Origin: Gemmatimonadota bacterium
Lineage (GTDB): Bacteria > Gemmatimonadota > Gemmatimonadetes > Palauibacterales > KS3-K002
Length of the DNA: 32,850 nt
Assembly: GCA_039586795.1 (NCBI GenBank)
Contig: JBDHJS010000040.1
Coordinates: 1 to 32,850 of the forward strand
Direction of reading: 5' to 3'
Position 1 is the first letter of the stretch, and the number at the start of each line of letters is the position of its first letter. The notes beneath the pieces were generated by a model. The model did no database searches. It was not told the origin of the DNA and saw only the letters and a list, made by a program, of their open reading frames with translations. Of this stretch, positions 17,655 to 24,889 are shown one piece after another. The position numbers were made by a program, and so were the translations under genes.

Positions 17655-17931
17655 TCCCCTCGCCCTGACCCACGGCGACTTCTTGGGCGTCCAATCGATC
17701 GCCGTTCGCCTTCGCCAGCTCAGGATCCGTTTCGACCAGCTCTTCGGGTTCGATCCGCTCGTCCTCCGGCAAATAGCGGTAGAAGTAGCGCGGCGTATCG
17801 TCCACCTCGCTCGGCGATGTCGGCCGCCTTCCGCGACGCAGCCAGTAGGCCGCGTACGACGCGACGCCGAGGATCACCGTCACGAGTATCGTGACGATGA
17901 TGATCGTCACCATGATTTGAATGATGCTCAT
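17635..17931 (-). CDS. Small single-pass membrane protein (98 aa), BcsF/PgaD-like accessory subunit candidate
   Basis: The ATG overlaps the GT2 stop (ATGA) and the stop overlaps the deacetylase start. Hydrophobic N-terminus, then basic WLRRGRR, a PRY motif and an acidic tail. Confidence 0.75.
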   Translation of the reverse strand: MSIIQIMVTIIIVTILVTVILGVASYAAYWLRRGRRPTSPSEVDDTPRYFYRYLPEDERIEPEELVETDPELAKANGDRLDAQEVAVGQGEGNGRTGF

Positions 17932-19238
17932 ATGCGACCTGCCCTTTCCAACTTGCCCCAGCTCATCCGCAGGTTCAGCGCTTCCTCGATGGTCGAGCAA
18001 AGCTTGGTCACGTCAATCAACAGAATGAAGAAGAATCGATAGATCAGCGCGTACGGTACCAACGACAGCTGCTCCTCCTCCATCCCGACCGTCGCCAGCG
18101 CGGCGACCAGATCGAGCAGAGTGAGCAGCACCCACCAGGCCAACAGCATCTCGCTCATGCCGAACGCCACCGCTACGTACGCGAAGAACAGATGCCCGTA
18201 CACGTTCAACATCGGCCAGATGACAGCCTCGAAGCCCATCTGCATCAGCGACAGCCACAGCGGAACATCGGGCAGCGGGAAGAAGAGTGTCTTCTTGTGC
18301 TTGCCCAGAGCTTGCAGGATGCGCCGGGTCCAACGGTATCGTTGCTGAATGAGATCTATGAGTCGCTCTGGCGCCTCGGTCCAGGCGATCGATCGCGGCT
18401 CGTACTGAATCTTCCAGCCCGCCGTCAAGATCTTCAGGGTGAGGTCCGCATCCTCGGCGAAGGTATCCAGGTCGTAGCCACCCACAGCGCGCAGCACGTC
18501 ACGCCGAAAGAGCCCGACGGGACCGGGAACGATGTTCACCGCGTGCAGGAAGCCCTGCGCGCGCCGCGCCATGTTCAGACCCTCGATATATTCCAGCGCC
18601 TGCAACTTACTCCAGAGGTTCTTCCGGTTGACGACCTTGACGTTGCCGGCCACGGCACCGACCGCTGGGTCCTGGAAGTGGACCACGGCCGCCTTGATCG
18701 TCTGCCGCTCGAGCCGCGAATCAGCATCCATGCAAAGCACGATCGGGTACTCCGCCATCGCCAGGCCGGCGTTCAAAGAACTGGCCTTACCGCCGTTCTT
18801 CTTGGTCGTCACCTTCACGCGACAGTGACCATACTCGCCGGCGAACCGTGCCGCGTTATCAAGCGTGTCATCCGTCGAGCCATCGTCGACGACGATGATC
18901 TCGAAGCGCGGATAGTCCAGCTCGATCAGACTCTCCAACGCCGACTGGATCACCACTCCCTCGTTGTATGCGGGGACGATGAGCGAGACAGGCGGATACT
19001 CGATTCCGTTCTCCTTCGGGTGCGGCACCGCTTCCAGGTGATGCAAATACCCGAACCACAGCAGCGTGAAATAGCGCGCGATCAGAATGATGAGAAAGAG
19101 CACCAGCGTGACGACGGACACCCGCACGATGAACGACTGCACCTGGAGCGGCGCCCGGCTGGCCCACACCAGCAGCAACCCTCCAATCGCCACGACGATG
19201 AACGCCGCCAAAAGCAAGAGAAACGGCCTCTTCCTCAC
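17928..19238 (-). CDS. Processive GT2 glycosyltransferase, PgaC/IcaA-like polysaccharide synthase
   Basis: VPAYNEG, DDGSTD, NGGKASSLN, DADS, AVAGNVKV, LQALEY, AEDADLT, TEAPE and QRYRW motifs; 2 N-terminal and several C-terminal TM helices; no PilZ domain. Confidence 0.9.
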   Translation of the reverse strand: MRKRPFLLLLAAFIVVAIGGLLLVWASRAPLQVQSFIVRVSVVTLVLFLIILIARYFTLLWFGYLHHLEAVPHPKENGIEYPPVSLIVPAYNEGVVIQSALESLIELDYPRFEIIVVDDGSTDDTLDNAARFAGEYGHCRVKVTTKKNGGKASSLNAGLAMAEYPIVLCMDADSRLERQTIKAAVVHFQDPAVGAVAGNVKVVNRKNLWSKLQALEYIEGLNMARRAQGFLHAVNIVPGPVGLFRRDVLRAVGGYDLDTFAEDADLTLKILTAGWKIQYEPRSIAWTEAPERLIDLIQQRYRWTRRILQALGKHKKTLFFPLPDVPLWLSLMQMGFEAVIWPMLNVYGHLFFAYVAVAFGMSEMLLAWWVLLTLLDLVAALATVGMEEEQLSLVPYALIYRFFFILLIDVTKLCSTIEEALNLRMSWGKLERAGRI

Positions 19239-19288
19239 AGCGTCCCTGTCCCCCTTCCATCTGATCCCGTGCTCATGTTCATGCTCGA

Positions 19289-21451
19289 CTACGAACCAAA
19301 CTTCCGCGTCCCCGCCAACTCAAACCGAAACATCCGATATCCATCCGCCCGCGCCTGACTCACCGCCGTCCTACCCACCACCGTCCACAACCCCACGTTG
19401 TACTCCAAATCCATCAAAACCCCGAACTGCACCGCCGACTCCACCCCGCTCACCCGCTCATCCATCCACGCCACCCCAACCAGCCCTTGCGCTGCCAGCC
19501 GCCAGCCACGCCCCAGCTCCCCCGTCCAACTCCCAACCGCCGAATGCAACCAGTACCACTCGGGCGACCAGTAGATCGGCCGCCAGGCAACCGGCGCCGG
19601 ATCCCGAAATGCCAGCGCCCGACTCTCGTAACCCATCAACCAACCGCCGCCTGGCCTATATAGAAACGTCAGCGACGCATCGCCTCGCAGGTTCTCATCA
19701 TCGACCCCCGCAAACCGCGCTACGCGTCCCGACGCCGACAGCTGCCAACGGTCGAACAGCGGCCGGTAGAACTCCAGGCCGAACAAATCGGCCCGCATGT
19801 TCACTTCCGCCGCCTCGAACGTGTTCGTCTGCCGATACGCAGGCTCGTGCCGGTACTCCAATCGGTAGGCCGAACCACCCCAATTGGGCGCCGACATCGA
19901 CAGCATGACCAGCGGCTCGATCGACTTGGACGATGGCATCCAGGCGCCCAGCGACGCCGAGGCGTGCAGGCCGCCGTCCTGCCACCAGCGCTCGCCGACC
20001 ACCCGCGCCTCGAAAGCGGTCAGGTCGCTATCGCCGCCACTGATGTCGAAACCCGCCACCCGCTCCACCGCCGCCTCGAATCCCAAGCGACGATCCGGCT
20101 TGCCGAACAGCGCTCCGCCGCGCCAGCGGGCGTCGCTGTAGTTATCGTTGTCGGCGAAGTAGTCGACCCGACCGCTCGGGCCGATGGTGCCCTCTCGGGC
20201 CAGGGCGGCGTCGGACTGCGTCTTCAGCTCGGCCAGCCCTTCCTCGGCGCCGGCCGCCTCAGGATCGATCGCCAGCGCCGTCCGGTAGGCGGCGTCCGCC
20301 GCTTCCGCATCGCCGCGCCAACGTCGCAGGTCACCCAACAGGACCCACGCTTCAGCGTTTTCCGGCTCCGCCGCAACGATGGAGTCGGCCGTCGCTTCGG
20401 CCGCCTGGAGGCGGCCCGACCAGGTGAGCAGCCGCGCCAGCCGCAGCCGAACCGTCTGCGCGTCGGGCTGTCGCGTCAGATACTTCCTCAGGTAAGCCAT
20501 CGCGCTGTCGGCTTCGCCGGCTCGATATTCGAACACGTCGGCGATCTCCAGCAGCACGGTATCCGCTTGCGGCTCCGCCTCGAGGTGGAGCCTATAGAGC
20601 GCCAGCGCCGAGTCGACTGCGCCTGCCATCGCCTGCCCGCGGGCTTCAACCAAAAGGTTGATTGGTACTTCGGGAGGAGGTAACGCGGTGGCTACTGCAA
20701 GACGCAGAGAGTCGACGCTGGCACTCATGAAGTCTTCGGGAAGTCCTTCCAAAGCGTTCGCGGCTCGGCCCGGCTGACCCGACCAGTAGAGCACCCTAGC
20801 CCACCACAAACGATGCATGGGTTCGCCAGGCTCCAAAGCTGTAAGACGGCCGTATAGCCGATCGGCCAACTCGTAGCGCTCGGCCCAGGTCGCCGCTTCG
20901 GCATACTCACTCAGCAGCTGAACGTCGTCCGGGCGGTCCGCCGCAAGGTCGGCGTAGAGCTTCAGAGCGTCGTCCCAGCGTCGGGCGCTCACGTAGAGGC
21001 GCGCGAGTTCGAGCGCCAGCACGGGGCTCCTGTCGTTCGAGCTCACGAATTCATATGCCTTGATCGCTCCGGCATGATGCTCTGCCCGCCATAGCGCGCG
21101 ACCGTATTCCAGAGTCGCGCCCAGGTCGTCCGGGTATCGGGTGATGTATTCGCGCAGAAGACCGAGCGCCCCAGCCTCGTCGCCGACTTGCACGAGCTGC
21201 AGGTACTCGGCCCAAAAACGTTCCGCGGGACCGCGGGGAATCGGGCGCGACATGGGATAGGCGGACGCTGCCGGCGGCGGCTCAGGTAGCGGTGGTCGGA
21301 TAGCCGGATAGGCGAACCCGCTCTCGGCAAAATCGAGCTCTAGCACGATTCGCTGCGGGAGGAAGCCTATAGTGAACAGAAAGAGCAGCGACAACGACAC
21401 CGTGGCGAGCGCCGTCAGCCGTGCCCAATACGGCCAACGCACTCTAGTCAT
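19289..21451 (-). CDS. TPR-repeat protein with C-terminal outer-membrane beta-barrel (PelB/PgaA/BcsC-like export protein)
   Basis: N-terminal hydrophobic helix and Pro-rich linker, many TPRs (LARLLTWSG, LLGDLRRWRGD), and a C-terminal ~300 aa of alternating amphipathic strands rich in W/Y/G. It sits in an operon with the GT2. Confidence 0.75.
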   Translation of the reverse strand: MTRVRWPYWARLTALATVSLSLLFLFTIGFLPQRIVLELDFAESGFAYPAIRPPLPEPPPAASAYPMSRPIPRGPAERFWAEYLQLVQVGDEAGALGLLREYITRYPDDLGATLEYGRALWRAEHHAGAIKAYEFVSSNDRSPVLALELARLYVSARRWDDALKLYADLAADRPDDVQLLSEYAEAATWAERYELADRLYGRLTALEPGEPMHRLWWARVLYWSGQPGRAANALEGLPEDFMSASVDSLRLAVATALPPPEVPINLLVEARGQAMAGAVDSALALYRLHLEAEPQADTVLLEIADVFEYRAGEADSAMAYLRKYLTRQPDAQTVRLRLARLLTWSGRLQAAEATADSIVAAEPENAEAWVLLGDLRRWRGDAEAADAAYRTALAIDPEAAGAEEGLAELKTQSDAALAREGTIGPSGRVDYFADNDNYSDARWRGGALFGKPDRRLGFEAAVERVAGFDISGGDSDLTAFEARVVGERWWQDGGLHASASLGAWMPSSKSIEPLVMLSMSAPNWGGSAYRLEYRHEPAYRQTNTFEAAEVNMRADLFGLEFYRPLFDRWQLSASGRVARFAGVDDENLRGDASLTFLYRPGGGWLMGYESRALAFRDPAPVAWRPIYWSPEWYWLHSAVGSWTGELGRGWRLAAQGLVGVAWMDERVSGVESAVQFGVLMDLEYNVGLWTVVGRTAVSQARADGYRMFRFELAGTRKFGS

Positions 21452-22913
21452 CCGGCTCGATGATCCTCAGCAGCTCTTCACGGTCCGTCGGCGCGGTATA
21501 GACGACGGCAGCGATCTTCGTCCAGTCGTCCGTCCGCACCCGTGTCAGGAAGCGCTCGGCGTGTTTCGCCATCGCGCCATCCAGCAAAACTTCCACGCGA
21601 TCGTCGTTCACCGACAGCAGGTCGCCGGTGCGCCGACGCATACGGCCGGTCACGTGCTCGGCCAGCTCATCGATCCCGTGGCCGTTCCCCGGCCGCAACA
21701 AGACGAGCGAGAAGATGGGCGCCCCCGGTGTTTGCAGTCGCTCGCGCACCAGATCCAACACCTTCAGGTCCGGGCACACCTCTGGCTGGGCGACGGCTGC
21801 GATGTCGACGTCTTCGTCACCGTCGTTGGGGATTCGTCCGCGGCGCAACAGAGCCTCGACCCGCGAGGCCAGCTCGTCGGGGTGGAAGCCACCGGAGATG
21901 AAATCATCGGCGCCCGTCCGGAGCGCCAGCGCCCGGTCCCTCGCCCGCAGGTCGTACGGACAGAGTACCAGAATGGGCGGCCGTGACGCCGCGCGCCGCA
22001 GCTGCGCCATCACGTGGAGTCCCCGATCGACGGAGCGCCGATCGACATGTACCACCACCAGACCGAAGTCCCGTCGAGCCAGCTCGGGAAATGCATCCAC
22101 CGCGTCGGACGTGTAGAGGAACTCGTACGAACCCTCGAACCACAAGCGCACTTCTTCCGTCAGCTCGCCGGTGACGTCCACCATCAGGATCCGGCGCCGC
22201 ACTTCCGGTCCAACATCGCTGGAACGCTCGCGATGCTCCAGGCCCGCCGGAACGATGCCGATCCCGTTCGCGATATCGAAGCTGATCGGACCCGCTGCCT
22301 CGTGCGGCCCCAACGTCTTCCGCACCACGAACTGTCGGCGACCGTTCGCGCCCATCGTCAAATGCAGTATGAGCGCCGCGCGCTGCGAGACGAAATCGAA
22401 CGCGTGGTCGAGTGAGGCCGGGGACTCTGCCGCGAACGTCAGCAGAGCCGTTGACCTCAAGCCCGACAGCATCTCCGCCAGCAGCTCGGCGCCGTTACCC
22501 GAACCGCGCGCTTCCACCAGCGGGCTACACGTGTCTATCGCCAGCCGATCCGGCTCGCCTTGCTGGCAGACGAACGTCTCCAACTCATCGAACACGTTGA
22601 CCGGTTCTATCGTACGTCGGTAACGATCGCGAAAACCGGATTGATAGCTGATCAGCGACCAGCGGCCGGAACGCAGATGCGTCGTGAGGTCTATGCCGAT
22701 GGAATGCGCTAGCTTGATCACGTCCTCGGGTCGCGCCTGCGTCAGCATGGCGGCCCGACCGCCCTGGCGTATTCCCTCACGCAAGAACTGCAGTGTGGCT
22801 ACCGTTTTGCCCGTCCCCGCCCCACCGATCAGCACGTGCGTACCGCTCTCGACCGGCCCGGACAGCCGCTCGTCGAGAAGACGGATACCAAAAGAGCCCG
22901 TGCTTTTAATCAA
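21444..22913 (-). CDS. KaiC/RAD55-like P-loop domain + pseudo-receiver + degenerate GGDEF-like (RTGD) domain; BcsE-like regulator candidate
   Basis: SFGIRLLDERLSG, Walker A GGAGTGKT, Walker B RLAIDT, a REC-like segment ILMVD...ALRTGADDFI...ELASRVEALLRR, and C-terminal FSLVLL...RRRTGDLL...VLLDG. Probable TTG start at 22913 after AAGGGG. Confidence 0.8.
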   Translation of the reverse strand: MIKSTGSFGIRLLDERLSGPVESGTHVLIGGAGTGKTVATLQFLREGIRQGGRAAMLTQARPEDVIKLAHSIGIDLTTHLRSGRWSLISYQSGFRDRYRRTIEPVNVFDELETFVCQQGEPDRLAIDTCSPLVEARGSGNGAELLAEMLSGLRSTALLTFAAESPASLDHAFDFVSQRAALILHLTMGANGRRQFVVRKTLGPHEAAGPISFDIANGIGIVPAGLEHRERSSDVGPEVRRRILMVDVTGELTEEVRLWFEGSYEFLYTSDAVDAFPELARRDFGLVVVHVDRRSVDRGLHVMAQLRRAASRPPILVLCPYDLRARDRALALRTGADDFISGGFHPDELASRVEALLRRGRIPNDGDEDVDIAAVAQPEVCPDLKVLDLVRERLQTPGAPIFSLVLLRPGNGHGIDELAEHVTGRMRRRTGDLLSVNDDRVEVLLDGAMAKHAERFLTRVRTDDWTKIAAVVYTAPTDREELLRIIEPDD

Positions 22914-22995
22914 GATGAACGTCCCCTTGTGGCGCTGCGGATGCGCCAGGGAGGAAGGACCAGAGGGGAGGTCAGCGGACAGAGTCCGTTGGTCC

Positions 22996-23040
22996 AATAA
23001 AAAAGCCCAGTACACGGGCATTTTTCAGCCCGCGCATTGG
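22996..23040 (-). promoter_or_regulatory. Leader with overlapping terminator / antiterminator hairpins upstream of the polysaccharide operon
   Basis: Minus strand reads CCAAT GCGCGGGC TGAAAAAT GCCCG TGTAC TGGGC TTTTTT ATTGG. GCCCG can pair downstream (hairpin + U6) or upstream. Confidence 0.5.
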
Positions 23041-23051
23041 GGGGACGTTTA

Positions 23052-23081
23052 AGTATAAGCCCCCTACCCCCCTCTACGCAA
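23052..23081 (-). promoter_or_regulatory. Putative sigma70-type promoter of the polysaccharide operon
   Basis: Minus strand TTGCGT-N18-TATACT, about 140 nt upstream of the TTG start. Confidence 0.5.
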
Positions 23082-23200
23082 GCTTTGCGCCCCGGGAAAA
23101 CCCAAGCACCACAAAGAAGAAGTCCCACCTACTGAAAACATTACCAACCCTGTGCAACTCTTTCACTCACCACTCCACAACGAGCCGTAAGGCAGAACAA

Positions 23201-23252
23201 TCGTACTCGCACTCGTACTCCTGATCGTACTCATTATCTTACTCGTACTCGG
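23201..23252. repeat. Degenerate tandem hexamer repeat TCGTAC x ~8
   Basis: tcgtac tcgcac tcgtac tcctga tcgtac tcatta tcttac tcgtac. Confidence 0.7.
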
Positions 23253-23313
23253 CATTTCCCCAACAAAGCCCTCTCCACATATTGAGACCCCAAAACCACC
23301 ACCCGGAGGCAGC

Positions 23314-23760
23314 ATGTCAACCGATTGGTCCTACGCCCACGACCTCGTCAACATGTACCTCGGGATCGCCCACCTGGCCGACCACGAGCTACACGCGGAG
23401 GAGGAACGGATCTTCAGCGAACGGTTCCGGGAATGGATGCCGCACATGCGGGAGGAGTCGTTCCAGAGCATCTGGTCCGATGTCAGGGAGCTGTACGATT
23501 CTCTGGGCTCCGACGACAACCGTTACGCCGTCTTCCTCCAGTCCACGCTCAAGGTCGCCGAGCTGCTCGATGACAGTCGCGACCAGCTGAAGTACATCAT
23601 ACGCGACCTGGCGGCCATCGCCGGTGCCGATGGGGTGCTGCGGGACAACGAAGCGACGATGATCAAGGCCACGGCCTGCGTCTACGGCCTCGATATCGAA
23701 CTGGACGTCGACGAGGAAACCAACGTCGTCAGCGTGGACTTCAAGAACGATCTGGGCTAG
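23314..23760 (+). CDS. TerB-like (tellurite resistance B fold) protein
   Basis: IAHLADHELHAEE and LAAIAGADGVLRDNE match the paired A-D-G-x-x-x-x-E motifs of TerB; GGAGG RBS. Confidence 0.75.
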   Translation: MSTDWSYAHDLVNMYLGIAHLADHELHAEEERIFSERFREWMPHMREESFQSIWSDVRELYDSLGSDDNRYAVFLQSTLKVAELLDDSRDQLKYIIRDLAAIAGADGVLRDNEATMIKATACVYGLDIELDVDEETNVVSVDFKNDLG

Positions 23761-23773
23761 GACTACCCCGCCG

Positions 23774-24082
23774 TCACTCGGGAGATACCAACACCTCGTA
23801 GTGCGAGACCTTGGGCGCCAGCTCGTTGAGAAATCTCTCGTCTTCCGGGTAGTAGACCGCCCGCTCTACATCGTCGCCAGCAAAGCCCTTGATCACGTCC
23901 AGCGACTCCCAAAGCGATATCATGGTGAACTCCGCTTCGTCGCCGACGACACGTCGCAGGACGTAGACCCCTTTGTTCCCCGGCGTGGCCTGAAGGTCGG
24001 TGACGCCCGTTTGCTTCAAGTACTCGACATAATCGTCCGCCAGCTCCGCTGGCGTCCGCCCGGTCCACGATCGCGCAATCAT
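23774..24082 (-). CDS. Antibiotic biosynthesis monooxygenase (ABM)-like dimeric alpha-beta barrel protein
   Basis: MIARSWTG...TPGNKGVYVLRR...ISLWESLDVIKGFAGDDVERAVYYPED; AAAGGGG RBS. Confidence 0.8.
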   Translation of the reverse strand: MIARSWTGRTPAELADDYVEYLKQTGVTDLQATPGNKGVYVLRRVVGDEAEFTMISLWESLDVIKGFAGDDVERAVYYPEDERFLNELAPKVSHYEVLVSPE

Positions 24083-24099
24083 TCGAAACCCCTTTCCGT

Positions 24100-24882
24100 T
24101 CAGCCAAGCAACGCGCCTGGAAAATCGGCGATCGAGTCGATCACGACGTCCGGTTGGACGCTCGCCTCCGTCAGCGCCGTCGCGTTAAACTTAGCGGTTC
24201 GAACCAGAACGCCCAGACAACCCGCGGTTTGGGCGCCGGTGATGTCTGTGTCGAGCGAGTCGCCGACCATGGCCAGCGCGTCGACCTCGAGGCCCAGGCT
24301 GTGCGCGGCGGCCTCGAACAGGACGGGGCTCGGCTTGCCCATCAGCTTGGCCTGGCGGCCGGTCGCGTACTCGAGCGCCGCGACGAAGGCGCCGGCGTCC
24401 AGTTGGAACCTGCCCTCCGTCTTCCAGTAGGGGTTGCGGTGCAGCGCCAGGAACTCGGCGCCATCCCGTAGCCCGCGAAACGCACGATTCAGCACGTCGA
24501 AGGTCCAGCCTGTCCCCAGGTCGCCCACGATGAGCGCCTCGGGCTCTTCTTCGACGATGTCAAAGTCGGCGAACTCGGAGAGCGCCCGCTCGGGTAGCAA
24601 CACGGCGACGCGGCGAAAACCGTTGTCACGCAGCCAGACGACGCCGGCGAGCGTCGCGGTGAAGACCTCGTCGGCGGACGCGGGTATGCCACGCTCGCTC
24701 AGCATCTCGGCCAGCACCTGCCGAGACAGTCGCGTGGTGTTGGTGACGAAGCGGACGGGCAGGTCAGCATCGCGCAGTCGCCCGATCGCATCCGCCGCGC
24801 CCGAGTAAGGCGTGATCTCATCGTCCCAGACGGTTCCATCCAGGTCGAGGAGAACGCCTTTGACAGAAGGTCTCTTGTTCAT
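24100..24882 (-). CDS. HAD-superfamily subfamily IIA hydrolase (LHPP/HDHD2-like)
   Basis: LLDLDGT (motif I), FVTNTT, MGKPS and MVGDSLDTDITGA. Confidence 0.9.
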   Translation of the reverse strand: MNKRPSVKGVLLDLDGTVWDDEITPYSGAADAIGRLRDADLPVRFVTNTTRLSRQVLAEMLSERGIPASADEVFTATLAGVVWLRDNGFRRVAVLLPERALSEFADFDIVEEEPEALIVGDLGTGWTFDVLNRAFRGLRDGAEFLALHRNPYWKTEGRFQLDAGAFVAALEYATGRQAKLMGKPSPVLFEAAAHSLGLEVDALAMVGDSLDTDITGAQTAGCLGVLVRTAKFNATALTEASVQPDVVIDSIADFPGALLG

Positions 24883-24889
24883 GTCCCAG

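Noticed and set aside
17928..19238. Cellulose synthase BcsA
   Set aside because: Too short, with no PilZ domain and no BcsB partner. Motifs (NGGKA, AVAGN, LQALEY) fit PgaC/IcaA-like enzymes better, though the product is unproven.
19087..19908. Pro/Thr-rich plus-strand ORF and strong C/A skew
   Set aside because: Explained by G/T-rich codons (Gly, Val, Trp) of the beta-barrel and TM segments on the minus strand.
21444..22913. Circadian clock KaiC or DNA-repair RadA/Sms
   Set aside because: It has a single P-loop domain lacking the catalytic EE and Arg finger, is fused to REC-like and GGDEF-like parts, has no kaiA/kaiB nearby, and lies in a polysaccharide operon.
22914..23050. c-di-GMP-I/II riboswitch in the operon leader
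   Set aside because: I could not find the consensus elements of either class by eye. It is kept only as a generic attenuator candidate pending an Infernal search.
23314..23760. Tellurite-resistance (ter) operon
   Set aside because: Only a lone TerB-like gene is present, with no terC/terD/terZ neighbours.
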